A DNA stretch of 64,000 bases from Proteromonas lacertae (lineage: Eukaryota): the NCBI GenBank assembly GCA_002245135.1, contig NGBS01000892.1, positions 1 to 64,000 on the forward strand, given 5' to 3'. The translations under genes were made by a program, and so were the position numbers. Below, in pieces: positions 47,187-62,800 of the stretch (positions within the stretch are counted from its first letter, which is position 1; each line of letters starts with the position of its first letter). A model generated the notes under the pieces. That model had not been told where the DNA came from, did no database searches, and was given only the letters and a program-made list of their open reading frames with translations.

Positions 47187-49080
47187 ATGGGAAATGAAAA
47201 GATTGGATGTAAATATGAGTTAAATTGTACTTCTGTGAGATGGGCCAAATATTTTTGTCGTATATCTTATGAATATAAACTCTACCTAGTTAATTTTCAT
47301 GAAATTAACACTATATACAATCATTTTATAGCCTCAGTCGAGTATATTAATTATAATAATTTTATAAATATTTAGATTCGATGATCCTAAGCATATTAGG
47401 GTAGGTAATTTCGCATCTCATTTTCACCTACACTGTCATAAAATTATAAAACAGATATTCAAGCTTTTTCGTATATTTGCTAGTAAGTAATTTTTATTAG
47501 CTGATGAAAAACTAGACTGGGATGATTTTTTCCAACTAATGTTATGTTTATCATGTGCTTCTAAATCTTGTACATTATTTTGTATATCATCTATTTTATA
47601 TTAATTATCATTAGTGTTTATAAATTCTTTTCCTGAAATGGAATTTAATAAATTGTCGTTAGTTAATATAAAAACTTGTACCGATATGTTAGATACAACA
47701 GTTGAGTGTAATGCACAAGTTGGTGTTCATTTCCACAAAATAGATTCAAACAAAGATGGTTATATTACATTTCATCAACTATTAGCTTTAATTGGAAAAT
47801 TTAAGAAATTATATGAACCGCTGTTTGAATTGAGAGAAGAATTATACACTACTTTTATACCCAAAAGAACTGTAATTAAAATATTAAATCGTAAGTATAA
47901 TTTAGATGATATTTTAACTTACAAAGCTAATCATAATGGTAAATATCGTCCTTTATCTTGTTGTGAAAATTTTCATTTATTATTGACTGGAGAATATCAT
48001 CCTGATCGATTTGATTATTATGATGACTATAAAATCGATAAATCTGTAAGTATAATGGCAACAACACCTTCACCTGTAAATAAAGCAATTCTTGTTCAAT
48101 TGAGTGAAGTTGATGAAGAAAGAATAAATAATAAAGATGTAAATCTTGATACTACAACTGCTACAACTTCTAAGAATGATAAAACCTGTAGTTATAGTGC
48201 AAGAACACAGCGTGAATCAGAATCTCAAGCAAAATCATCAAAATCAACTGGTCATACTACTGCATCTAACATTACACCAACAAGTTTAGATAATAAAATG
48301 ACAAACATAAAATTGAATGGAAATAATAATAATAATTGTAATAATACTATAGTATCACCGGCTTCATTAAACGCAAATACAATCAATAATAATATATTGC
48401 CAATAACATCTAGTAATCATTGTCAAAATAATTTAACATTAAATATGACTGGTTTTTCATTATCACCATCTCCTACATTACGAGGCAAATCGTTAATTTC
48501 TTCGCCAATGAATGCGAATAGTGAAATATCACTTGAAACTTTAATTAGACAATTGGTTAGAAGAAAAAATCCATGTAAATATTTACCTCCCAAAGTGGCG
48601 TTTAATGTTCAAGCGTTAAGTAGGATATGTAATAAGAATGATGAGATAGAAATGTATTATATAAATTGTTTTCCAAGAAATGCTCGATATATTCCGAACA
48701 ATACAAATGAATCTGCTAGTTTTATGAGTCAGAATGGATGCATAGATCATTTTGGAAGTAGTAAGTTAAAACTAAGCATGCCAAGTTCAAACAATCCTCT
48801 AATGAGTGGTATTGGTGCTTTAATGAGTGATAGAGATTTATTAAGGAAAACTTCAGTTGATTCCACTAAGAATATGAAATTATCATTATCTCCACCACAT
48901 AGTATTCTGAGAAGAACTCAGAAAAATTCGCAATATAGAAATACAGCATTGTCGGTAGATACTGCTCCCTATAAGGTATCATTAGCCAAAAATGCATTAA
49001 GCACACCTCATGGTAAATCTACACTCAAAAAAGTTGTATTTTCATATAGTAAAGAAGATTCAGCTGAATCTGCCGATTGA
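47187..49080 (+). CDS. EF-hand family paralog A
   Basis: AKYFC|LN.. exon junction; DSNKDGYITFHQ; long Ser/Asn tail. Confidence 0.75.
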
Positions 49081-49241
49081 TTGATTTTTTTGTAAATATA
49101 TATTTATAATATACATATATGTACTCTAAATAATCTCAATAGTATTTTCTGATGTTTGTCTTTTGGCTAGTTTAACTACAAACGAAGTTACAAAAACCAT
49201 CAATTTGTAACGGATATTGCATACAATAACCAATTTTTATA

Positions 49242-50817
49242 ATGGTGAAACCTGTCTTACACACTTTAGATGATACCTCTTTGAAATTTGCAAAATACTT
49301 TTGTCGTATGTTACCTTATTTTTTATTTTTTAGTGAATCATTTTGAAATTGACTATATCTACAAAATTTTCACCAAATTATTAACGTATAAAATCATAGT
49401 TATTATTCTAGTCCTGAAAATCCTACATTTGTAAACAGTTCCTCACTAATAGCATATATTCACTCAACAGATATAGAACTCGTCAAGCACTTACTATCAC
49501 TTTATCGTATTTTATTATAAGTCATTTATATTATTTTTAGCCGATAAGAAGCTTACTTGGGATTTTTTCTTTCAATTTACCCTTTTGTCTACATGCTCAT
49601 CAACTATAAATCTTTTTTATTGTATAATATCATATGTTTAACTATTAATTTATAGTATTTATTTTTGCATTTCAAGATGTAGAGTTTAATAGGATATCTT
49701 GGGATAATATAAGACAAGCATCTCTTGTACTAAAGACTGTTACTGATTGTGGAGTAGTTTACAAACAAGAATTTGGAAGATGCGATGTGTATTTTCTTAC
49801 ATTTATTAATTATAATATTTAAATAGAAATAATGATGGTTTTTTGACATTTCAGCAGTTTATCCTACTAGTAAGCAAAAATAAGTCTGTATGGAACCCAA
49901 TTTGTCTTTTTCGTAAACAAATGCATGAGCATGTATTCCATATAGATCAAGCTGTGTTAATATTAGAAAGACGATTGAAATTGCCTGAAGTAAAGTTGTA
50001 TCAAAAGTATCACAATAATCAATTACCGAAATTAAGTTGTTCTAAAAGAATTAGTTTGTTATTAGCATCAGAGCCTCACCCACTACTATACAGTTTTGAT
50101 TATTTAAATGAAACTAACACAAATTGTGATGGGAATAAAGTAGATGAATTATCACTTGAATCATTAACAATGGCTTGTTTGTATTGCGTAAGACCTTCAA
50201 CATCTGTATATCGTCTGGTATTCAATACCGATTCAATCTCAAGGATTTTGACAGGTGGAGTTGATGATATTGATATGTATTTTATGAGTAGAGTAAAGAG
50301 ATTACCACTAAATGATATAAATAATAATGGACAAGGAAACACATCATCAGCAGCTCCAAGTAGATCTAATTCAATCACTAAACCATTACAACAGCGTTTA
50401 TCAATAAAAGAAGGTGATATGGTTAAAAAGAACTCAATATTAAGAAGAAGCACCTTCACAACCATGACTCCTGTTCATAGACCAAGTGCTTCACCTGGAC
50501 AACTTCCTTTATCTGCAGAACGAACTAGAGCAAGTGGCTATTATGTGCCTAGTAATTTAGTATCTAGACAAACAAGTGTAAATCAAAATGGCTTGTTATC
50601 AAGGCAAACAAGTAGTCAACCTACTGCTAATAATAATGCAATAAATGGAAATAATAATTCTGACTCACCTAAAAAAGCACTAGTTCCTCCGTTGAATCAG
50701 ATTAATACACTTAGTTATGTTAAGAGTGGTAATGATCCTATTACTCCCCATTTAGTTTCGCCATCTTCTCCAACACGAATTGTTGTATCTTCTAGAGCTA
50801 ATACTCACAATGTTTAA
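49242..50817 (+). CDS. EF-hand family paralog B
   Basis: MVKPVLHTLDDTSLKFAKYFC|; CD.NNDGFLTFQQF; EPHP motif. Confidence 0.75.
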
Positions 50818-50988
50818 CAAATATAACTCTTTATGTAAATTTAAATGGAAATAGTTATTGTTTTTAAGTTAATTAATTAGTAAAGTATTGTTTTGTATTA
50901 TTTTGTTCTTTAATAATTAAAAAGTTACAAAAAATATATTCGTTTTGCTTGATTTAAATAACTGAATAATTTTTTTTTCTTTTTTTTA

Positions 50989-52379
50989 ATGTCGAATAAA
51001 TCGAAGATAAAAAGTCTACCAGAGCTGGATAAGGTTTCTATAGAATTTGCTAAATATTTCTGCTGTATAGTTTTCATTTTATATGCTTCCAGTAAACAAT
51101 TATGATATAGAGACTCTTCATAATGTTTTCAATAAGATAGTCTCGTATACAACTATCAGTTTATCGAATAGACCTGGAGAAGAGAGAATTAATAGCAGCT
51201 CTCTCATATACCATCTTCACTGTACTAACTTCAATTTAGTTCATCACATCTTTTCCATATTCAGTATAATTATATTATCATTTATTTCTATTAATATAGA
51301 AGATGAAATGATGGACTTTAACCAATTTTTTAGATTTATACTAGTAGTGACATCTTCTTCACTAGTCTGTACATTTTTTGGTATATATTGATGTAATTTA
51401 TTAATAATATATAGTATATATATACTCTTTTTCCAATGTACGATATAATCATATATCATGGGATGATGTAAAAGAAATAACATCAGCATTGGGTACAAGT
51501 TTTGAATGTATAAGCTCAATCCAAGCTGAATTCAAGAAATGTGATACAAATAATGATCAATTTGTCACATTTCACCAATTCATGCATTTTGTATCACATT
51601 CATTCATATTATGGCGACCATTATATGCATTTAGAGAATCATGTTGGGAGTACATAATTCCTATTGATCATGTACTTCAAATTTTAAATCGCAAAGCAAA
51701 AATGCCTGAAATAAGGAAATATCAGTTAGACAATAATGGAAAATTACCTCCACTTACCTGTAAACAGAAAATTCATAAATTAATCAGTGGTGAACCTCAT
51801 CCTTACTTGTATTATTATGATAGTGGAAAAGAGGATTTATATTTAGAAAATTTAATATTAGATAGAATAAGGTTTCTATTTCCACACAGAAAAATATACA
51901 AAGTGACTTACAATATGGAAGGTGTAATTAGATTAATACCAAATATTAAGAAAGACCCAGTAGAATACTTTTATATACATTGCTTCAAGAGAAACACTAG
52001 TAATAATGGTAATTGCTCAAGAAATTGTTCAAGAATTCGTAATAATCAAGACAGTATGAAATGTTCATTGAATTTTAATGGATCTGCATCTTGTAGAAGT
52101 ATTTTAAGACATGTTCAATCATCAAAAAACCAAAATGGTAATAATCAAGAAGGAGGTAATAAAATGAATGAACATATTAGCTGCTTGATGAGTCCTGATG
52201 GTACATATAGAAATTCTGTGGAATTGCTTGATGTTGATCCTTCTACGACAATTACACCTTCATCGAATAATACTACCACTAGGATTTCTACAAATTTTAC
52301 AATTAGTATGAATAATAGCCAGGTACACACTAGCATTAGAAATCTTCAAGTGAATAATCTTTCACAAAATAATCCTTAG
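50989..52379 (+). CDS. EF-hand family paralog C
   Basis: MSNKSK...SIEFAKYFC|; CDTNNDQFVTFHQF; GEPHPYLY. Confidence 0.75.
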
Positions 52380-52531
52380 TATTCATTAAACAGTATATAA
52401 ATAAGCAATGTGCATATATTCTATCGCCATATCATTAAATTTAAATTAACTTTTAATTTAATCTTTTATTTTAAAATTTTTGATGTTTGGCTTGATTCAA
52501 AGTTTGAAATGTTCTGTTATACATTTATTAA

Positions 52532-53748
52532 ATGAGTGGATCAGCAACGTTTGACGATAAATCACTAAATTTAGCACGTCTATACTGTCGTATTATTATG
52601 ATTTTATTTCTACAGTAAACCAATATGAAATAGCAAATTTTCATAATCATTATGAAAGGATTGCTAAGTAACCTCTAAAAATGTATATTATATAATAGAA
52701 TTGAAGGAAAGGAAAAAATTAGAGCTTCAGCTTTCGCACATTACATACGATATACCCAAATTAACTTCATTCAGCAGCTTTATCAGATTTATCGTATTAT
52801 ACATATTATTATACCTATATTAGCTGACGCTTCAGCTGGATGGAATGAATTTTTTCAAATAGTACTTTTATCTACCTGTTCGTCTGTTGCAACTATCTTT
52901 TATCTTTTTGTTTTCTCTTTTCAATCAACACAGTATAACAAAATATCATATGAAGACATTGAAAACTGTTTGAAGTGTTTAAACACCAGTTTTACATGTC
53001 TATCTTATGCCAAAAATGATTTTAAAAAATGTGACAAGTATAATATAGTTATTTTTAATCATATTATGTGAATAGTAACAATGATGGATTTTTAACATTT
53101 CATCAATTTATGGCATTTGTAAGTAAAGATGTCAAGCCTTGGATACCTATACTTCAATTCAAAATGCAGTTAATAGAAAGAATCATCACAGAAAAACAAA
53201 TTTTAACCATTCTTCAAAGAAAACAGAATATAAAAGATATAAGAAATTATAGATTAGAACACAATGACAAATTACCTCCATTACCTTGTTTATCAAAATT
53301 TCAATTATATATTTCAAGGGAACCACATCCTTGTCTTTATCATTATGATCCAGATAAAGTGAAATTAACAATAGAAAAAGTAGTGCTTGGAATGATGAAT
53401 GAATGTAGACAAGGAATAATTTCAATTCACAGAATACCATATAATGTAGAAATGTCATTAAAAATAGCATATAAAAATGATAAAATAGAAAAGTTTATAG
53501 TTGAAAATTATCATGGAGGTAATAATAAAAAAAGAGCAAGTAGATTTTCTTCTGTTTCTTTAGCAAGTACATCTGAAGCAGTGAATAATCGAAGTATTTT
53601 GAGAAATTCAACAACTAGATTAAAATCAAATCCAAATATAAATAATAATGTAATATCAACCAAATATGCAACACTTCCATCTCCTTCTTCTCATCGAAAT
53701 ATAAATGTGATAAGAGTAAAGAGTAATTTATCTGATGAAGAATATTGA
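52532..53748 (+). CDS. EF-hand family paralog D
   Basis: MSGSATFDDKSLNLARLYC|; CD.NNDGFLTFHQF; EPHPCLY. Confidence 0.75.
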
Positions 53749-53883
53749 ATAGATATTAGTTGTGTATAAGTATATTATATAACACAATGTGTAAATAATT
53801 ATTGTTCATTATTTGTTTTGTTTTAAACAATTCAAAAACATATTCAAATATAATAATAATAATAGTGTGGAATTAAATAATAT

Positions 53884-56800
53884 TTAATTGAAAATATCAG
53901 ATGATTCACAACTTGGACCTTTAAATCCATCAAAACATTCACAATTTCCTGTTATTGTATTACATTTTCCATTATTACTACACATATTTGATGGTAAACT
54001 ATCTTCTATCATATTTTCTATCTTTATGATATTTGTATCTAATAATTTTTCATTCTTCTTTATTCCATAATAATTTCCATTATCATCTATCTTTTCATTT
54101 TCATCTATTTCTTTTCTTCCTAATATTTTCATTTCATATTGTCTTCCACTTTGATATTTTGAATAAGTAATTTCTACTTTCACTTCATTATTTAAATCAT
54201 CTTTTTCTATATCTATATCATCTAAACTGATTGTTCCACTTGGTAATCGATATAACTCTTTCTTCCATTCATTTATATTATCAAATGTTATTGAATCTGT
54301 ATACCACACTCTTCCAAATGGATCAATATACTCTATATATATCTTATTATTATATGTAACATCTTTTCCATTGGTTTTGAATATTATTCTTTGCAAACTT
54401 TGCTGAGATGATTCACATTCATCACTCACTGATACTCCATATGGACATTTTCTTTTACTACAATCATCTCCAAAATATTCTTTATCACATACACATATTT
54501 GAATATATTCATTATCTTTATCATTCTTATCATATTTATTCATTATTCCATAATAATTATCTTCTACATTCTCTATTCTGCTATATTCTTTATTCTTCAA
54601 TATTGTTTCGATTGTTCGACATACTCCATGATTATTACATTTATTTGGGCAACTTAATCTTGAACAACTATTTCCTTCATAACCATCAAAACATTCACAT
54701 TCACCACTATTTCGATTACATTTACCATGATTTGAACATTCATAATAGTTATGATCTGATAAGAATATACCATATGCACAAATTCTCATTGAACAATCTG
54801 ATCCTTTCCAACCAAAATAACACATACATTTTCCATTCACACATCTTCCATTATTATTACAATTATTAAAACATTGTTTGGAATAACTAATTGGATCTTC
54901 TAATCTCAATTTTGTATTTAAATCATGAGAATTTGTTCGAGATTTCGAATTTGTTATTATTCCATTATTTCGATAATATGAAAATGAATCATCATATCCC
55001 CATAATGTCTCTGTTACACCAATATTTCCATAGATTCCACTAAATATTCCTTTTCTATAACCAAATGATTCTAGTTTTACTACACAATCATTGTTATAAC
55101 AACAAGATTTTTCATTTCCTGAACCAAATAATAAACTATCTTCACATTTAAATTCATCCATTTCATATTGATTTGGTTCTAATAATCTCAATTTAAACTC
55201 TGAAACATCGAAATTTGAATTATAATAATATTTTCCATTTCCTACAAATGGATTAGAAATATATCCATAATTCTTTTCATGAGTTATATTTCCATAATAT
55301 TCGCCTCCATAGAATAATCCAAATTTTGCATTCTTGAATAATGGTTGATTTGTTATTATTCTTACATATGTGAAATTCACAACTATATTACAATCTTCTA
55401 TATTCTCTATTTCATTTATTAAACCACTTACTATTATATTATTTGAATCACTATCATTTCTTCCAACTATTCCTCCATTACTCAGCTTAAACCAACATGA
55501 ATATATATTCACATTTCCATTCTTTATTCTTCCAATTAATCCACCAAATCTCATCTCTATTCCTTCTTCTTTATCAAATAATATTGTCAATGATCTTCTT
55601 ATTAAACCAAATGAATAACTTATCAAATTATTAGATTCTTCTTCTTCTATTTCACCTATTAATGAACCATATATTATTCTCATTTTGTTATTATTTTCTT
55701 TATCATCTCCTACATATTTCATATTCATTATATCAACAAAACTGTTTTCGATTTCACAATTATCACATTTGCCTATTAATCCACCTATTATTATCTCATT
55801 TTCATCATTCTCTATTCCTAATACATTTATTCTTAACAAATCACCAACTACTCTGATTGATGAGATTTTACTATTCTTTACTTCGCCAGCTAAAAATCCA
55901 AATGTCATTTCATCTTTTAAATTCATTATTATTGATCTTGTTCCTCTATTAAAGAATTCAATTCGAACATTCTTTATTGTACTGTTTATTACTGAATCAA
56001 ATAACAAACCACTTGTTCCATTACAATTGATTTCTGTTGCATCATAGATTTCTACCACTATATTTTCTATTGTTGAGTTTATTACATCTCCAAATATACC
56101 ACATTCAGTTATTCTAAATAATTTATATGTTTCTTTCATATTTCTTCCATTTCTCATTACTACTCTTCTTCCACTATTTATCATTGATGAACTATATAAT
56201 GATAAAACTGTGTTTTGAATTATTGAATTTTCTACACATTTTAATATCTTTATATTCACTTCATTTCTCATTTCGGAATGTAATACTAATCTTGTTCCTT
56301 TCATATTAAATCCTTTCTTCATTATTGTTACTCCTCTGATGTTCTCTTCATACTTTTCATCTCCTAACATTTTGTTTATTAATGATGGTATTTCATTTTC
56401 TTTTCTTTTATCCAAGTTTATTCCTATATTTCCTTCTTCTATTATTTTTTCTATTATTTTATCACTTATGAAAGGTAAAGTATTAGTAACAAATTCATAC
56501 CATATATCTAAACCATTCTCTTTTATTATATCTGGAATTGAGGTTATTGGATTTTCTTCTCTCTTTATTTCTTTCATTATATCATCGATTATTTCATATT
56601 CATTATCCTTCTCTTTCAACTCATTTAGTTTATCTTCAATATTCTTTATTTCATCTTCGATTGGAATAAATATTGGATTTTCTATATCTGGAAGTGATTC
56701 AGGAGGTAATGTTGGAGGATGAACATTTGCTATTATATACAATTTGAATGAAGTATTTACAGATCCTTCTAAATTTGATCCAATTAATATAACACTATCA

Positions 56801-59800
56801 TCAAATAACATATTATCATTGATTTTTCCTGATATTATTCCATTTTCTTGATTAATTGATAATCCATATGATTCTAATGATGGAATAGTTGAATAACTAT
56901 ATATATGATCATTTTCACCTATTTTTGGTTTGTCTAATATACATTCTAATCTTTCAACACAATAATATTCTGATTTATCTATTGATATGAAAGTAGGAGC
57001 AGGATATAAAACTACTAAACTAATTGTTGTACTTCCTTTTCCCACTTCATTTATTCCATACACTGTGTAAACTAATGGGATACTATGTCTCTCATTTACT
57101 TTTCCTTTTATTTCACCTGTACTTTCATTAATTTCTATTCCTTCTACTGGAGTTGGACTGATTTCCCATTTTTCTACATATCCTATTACACTCACTTTTC
57201 CAAAGTTAAATTCTTCACCTACATGAGTTTTAACATTTGGATATTCATATTTTATATCTTTTGGAATTGATAATTTTGATGATATTGTAATTTTCTTTGA
57301 TAATGTACTATTTTTATTAGTAGCTGATATCATAGTCACTAATGAATCATCATCTTTAAATACTCTATTTGGTTCTCCTTTCAATTCTCCTGTTTTAAAA
57401 TTGAATTTTAAACTTACAAATTTTTCTTTCAATTCTTCAAAATTGTCTATTTTAAATTCATTTATTGAAGGATGATAACTTATTGGATTTATTGTTGATT
57501 CTATTTTATAATAGAATATCACATCAAATGGATATTCAAATGAAGGAATTGGATCTTTTAAAGAAATACTCAATTCAATCTCAGTTGATCCACCATCATT
57601 CATACCAATCACTTTTATCATTATATCATTGTCATTTTCAAAATATACTTTTACTAACCCACTTAATATTCCAGTCTTTTCATCTATTGTTAAATTGTAT
57701 TTATCTATTAATTCTTTATTTTCACTCACTTTATAAGATTCTGGATATGATATTCCATCATTATTATCAACATTTGGATTACATGAATATGGATCATATC
57801 TATAAACAGTTACTTTATTCAACTCATCTCCTTCTCCATATCCTAAGAATTTAGGTTTTCGAAGTGTAATTGTTATAAAAATACTGGTTAAAATTTTACC
57901 ATCTTCATTCTCTCCAATTATTTTTATTTCTTCTTTTTGAACTCTTGTTAGAAGTTTATTACTACTAATTATTCCAGTTTTAGTATCTATATTCAAGCCA
58001 ATCATTTTGAATCTGTTTAAATAATTTGGATCAATGTAAAATTTATAAATACTTCCTTCTTCTTTTACTGTTGGAAGGAGTGAATTACTTAATGGTTGTA
58101 AATATAATCCATTTGATATATTTGGATAAACTAATAATGTTGGTTTTCTGTGAATTATTCTGATTGTTATTTCAACATTATTGATTGATTCACCTTCTAT
58201 ATTATAAGCTGATATTTTATATTTCAATTGTTTTGGAGTTTGTTTTTCTAAATCAATTTTTACAGTTATTACTCCTGTTTCATCATTAAATTGTATTTCT
58301 GATTCTCCAGTTGTTATTTCTGGATATGTTTTATATCTTATTGATTTATCTTCTGGTAAATCAGTTGATAATTTTTCTGTATTATTTTCTTCATTTTTGT
58401 AGAATATATATTTAGTTTTACTACTATAAACAGATATTGGTGAATGATAAATTATCAATAATGATATTGAATATTCTTTATCTTCTGGTTTATATCCATT
58501 ACTTTGAATCACTTTAAATGTTTCATTGAATAATCCACTTATTATATCACTCTTTATACTTCCATTATCTTTATCAAATATTATTCCTATTGCTGTTAAT
58601 TCTTTTTCTATTTCAATTGGAGATATTGAAAATGATGATTTTTCACTTCTAGAACTTGGTTTTATATCAATTGAATATTTATAATAATATTTACTCTCTA
58701 TATTATAGGTAAAATCAGGTGGTGCTACATAATATATATTCAACACCAATTTTCCTTCAACTACTTTACTGTTAGATAGTTTTTGTTGTATATTTATTTC
58801 TAGAACATTATTCTCTATTACCTCTTTGATTCCATCACTTGAAAATACACCACTACTTATATCAAACTTTATTCCTAATCCTTCAAGAGTTTCACTAATT
58901 CCTTCATCTTTTAATACAAAACTCATTTCATCTTCTTTTTCTACTTCTGGTTCTAATCTAAATGATTCTCCTATATGATATATATCCAACACATTCTTAT
59001 ATTTAAATTTATATTGTGAAACTGTTAAATTAAATTCTATTGTTACTGTTTTACTCAACAATGTTTGTTGTATTCTTATTAATGTTTCATTCAGTATACC
59101 ATCAACTGTTTCTCCTTCTAAAGTATATAAACAACCACTATCTTTATCTAAATGAATTTTCATTTTATTTAACATTTCTTCTTGAGTATTATCAGCAAAT
59201 GAAAATTTGGAATTATTGGCTTTTCCTTTTGGACAAATGTTAATTTTATCAGACTGATGAATTTCGTCTATTATATATTCAAATTCTTCTATTGTTATAT
59301 TCATTTCAAATTCAGAAGAAGGTAAATCTCCGCTTGCTAATCTTATTAAGAACTTTTCTTCATTTAGTATTTCTGTTGGAATTCCAGATATTTTACCATT
59401 TTTATTATCAAAAGATAAACCATTATTCATTGTTGTTAAATCTGGAATTATAAATAATACTGGTTGATAAGCATGAATAATAGGAGTGTCAGTTTCAAAT
59501 AATAATCCTTTACATCCTTTGTAAGTAATTGAATTATATGTTATATTTGGAATAATTATTTCATTTATTATTATGAATGGAACAGTGATTGTATGATTTC
59601 CTGTTACATTTATGAAGATTTCATAAGTATCTGGTTTTATTTCTGATGTTAAATTTCCACTTATTTCTCCATTTGATTTATTTATCTTTAATAATGTTGA
59701 TACTTCATCTTCAGATATTATTTCAAATGTCAAATCTTTACTAGATGAATCAATTGTTGGTGTTATTATTTTTAAATTATAATAATAAGCAGTTTTATTT

Positions 59801-62800
59801 GAATATTCTACTGATTTGGGATATAAACATCCATCATATTTAGCATCTCCCCATTTTGCTTCTCCATTATTCAATTGACATTCTCTTGTTCGATTTCCAG
59901 AACATCCAGATTCACAGAATATTGAAGCTGTTTCTCTTCCTTCTGTTTCAGGCCAATCTCCTTCTTTTGGACAAGTTGGCATTGTTATAAGAATAGAAAC
60001 TGTACATGTTTTTGTTTTACCATTATATTCTGTTGGAGTTATTGTTATTACATAATCTAATGAAGGATCTACTTTCTCACTTGATGTTCCATAGATTCTT
60101 CCATATCCATCATAATATAAACCTTTTGGTAAATCTTTATCACCAGATTTTATTTCTATACTATAACTACCTGATATTGAAATAAACACATCATTTGTTG
60201 TTGCTAATTGTTTATCTACTGATCCTTCAAGTTTTGTATTTGAACAGACAAACATATAATCTGATACTTCACAATTTGATTCTTCATTAGAAACTAAACC
60301 TCCTTTTCCATTATTATTCTTACATCTCTTTGTTATTTGAGATATAGGAGAAGATGATGAAAATGATTTTCCAGCTGAACATGATGATATATCTTTCTTT
60401 CCTATTGGAATTATTGTATTATCACAAAATGATGGATAATTACATATTTGAGAAATATAATCTGATAAACTGATTTTCTTTGATAAACTACCACCATCTA
60501 TTCCTCTTCTTGTGAAATTGAATAAATAGATTGAATATTTATCATTATGATTTGGAATTGGAAATTCTCTTTTATTATCATTTTCGTCTTTTGGTTCTAT
60601 CACATTTTCAATATTCTGTATTTCTACCCAATCATCATTTTCATTATTCTTCACTAATAATTTCCAATCAACTGGATAACTATTTTCTTCATTTTTATTT
60701 CTTCTCAAATAATAACTATTTATTAATATGGGTTTATCATATCTTATTTCTATCCAATATGGAATATAAGCTATTCTTTCAGACATATCAAATGTTATTG
60801 AAGTTGATTCATCATTATCTAATAATCTCAACATTTCATCATTTGTAAATGAATAATCACCAATTGTACCATTCAATGATCCAAATGATTTTATTGATGT
60901 TATTCCATCGATTGGTGAAGAAATGCATTCATATGTTGAGATATATTGAAAATCTAAATATTTCAAAGAATTACTCAATTCTAATCCTATTATATTTTTA
61001 TTTTCATTTAATATTGATGTTAATAATGGAATTGAGATTATTTCTTCTTCTAAATTATTCTCTTTTGAATAAATTTCATTTCCATTTAAATATATTTTTA
61101 GATTTCCAACACATCTTACTTTTATATACCAATATAATTTTTGATTGTTTTTTGATTTATATTCAAATTGAATTCTTATATATTTTAGATTTTCTGATGT
61201 TGATTCAATTAATTCTTTCAAATTCATCTTATTCCAACTATCTGCATCATATTTGTTTGACCAATCATTATCGCTTTGTGTTGTAGATGAATATTCACAT
61301 TCAGATTTATATGATAATAATCTATCAATTATCACTGGAATTATAGCATTATCATCTAATAATGCTTTAGTTGATATATTATAATCAACTAATCTGATTT
61401 CTACATCTGTATTCTTATTTGTTATTGTTGTTTTCAATGAATATACATCTCTACTTATACAGAAATATTCAGAATAAGTATTCTTCTTCAAATGATTATT
61501 AGTTAATATATTATAAAATATCTTATTATTTGAATTATCATATAATTCAATGTTTTCATTATCACTTTCAATCTTTCCATAAACATTCACTAATATATTA
61601 TTCTCATTTTCTTCTTCACAATATTGACTATTGATGGTTATTGATTTTTCAGTTTTTCCATGATTATTTTCACAAGATATCTTTATTGATTTTGATTCTA
61701 ATTTTTCATTGATTATTCCATATAACATTCCGCTTGATTGGTTGAATTTCATTCCTGAAGGAATATAATCTATCAGAAAATCTGTTCCTCCATTGGTTAT
61801 TGTTGGAGATATTATATAATATAATCCAATTATTAGATTAAATGAAGATAATTCATATATTATTTTTGGAATTCCTTCTCCATCTACTTCAAAATCAATA
61901 GTTCTTGTATCTTCATAATTATTGATTCTTCCAGATGTGATAATATTATGATATTTATTGAATATTTCATAATATCCTCCATCAATTGATTTACTATTTA
62001 ATATCAATGAATATTTTCCATTTCCATCAGATGTACATAATGAATGAATATTATCACCATTATTAGTTGGAGTAATTGATTCAATTGTTTTACTATTATC
62101 TTCTTTATTCACAACAGAATATGAAGATTCTTCTATTCCATATTTACCAGAATGATAATTAATTTCATAGAAATAATCTGAACAGATTATATTTAATTTG
62201 AATTTATATTCTCTATATCCATTTCTTGTATATCTTCTTATAGTAATTGGATAATTAAACACTGGTCTAATTGAACTTCCAGATATTATATTATTATTCA
62301 ACATTAACCCTTCTGGTAATGAAGATGAAGTATAAATAGAATCTAAAGTTGATGAACATATTATATTGATATTTTTATTTACTTGATAATCATTATTATG
62401 TTGACATTCAAATAATGGATTGGTTTCATCTTTCATTTCTTTTATTCCTATTTCAATTGTTGTGGTGATTTTAGGAATTATTTCATCACCTTGAGTATAT
62501 GGACCACTTTCAATCACATAATATTTCATCTCACTTTCAACTAATCCAATTCCATTTATCTCACCATTTTCAATATTCAGTTTCAAACCCATTGGTAATT
62601 CTGGATAGATTGAATATCTTGTTGAATCACTTTTAGCTACTCCTAATGATGAATAGATTATTGGATTATTATTAGGAATTGGGAAATATAATGGATATAA
62701 TGAATATGTAAAATTATAGGTTAATAAAGATTGAGATATATATCCAACATAACTATCATCAATTAAATTTGCATCTGCTAATGATCTTGCATTCGCTACA

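Noticed and set aside
53888..61286. Many plus-strand ORFs opposite the giant gene (likewise opposite DLEC1, NNT and the LRR gene)
   Set aside because: Antisense shadows with I/F/L/S-biased translations caused by the codon bias of the real strand.
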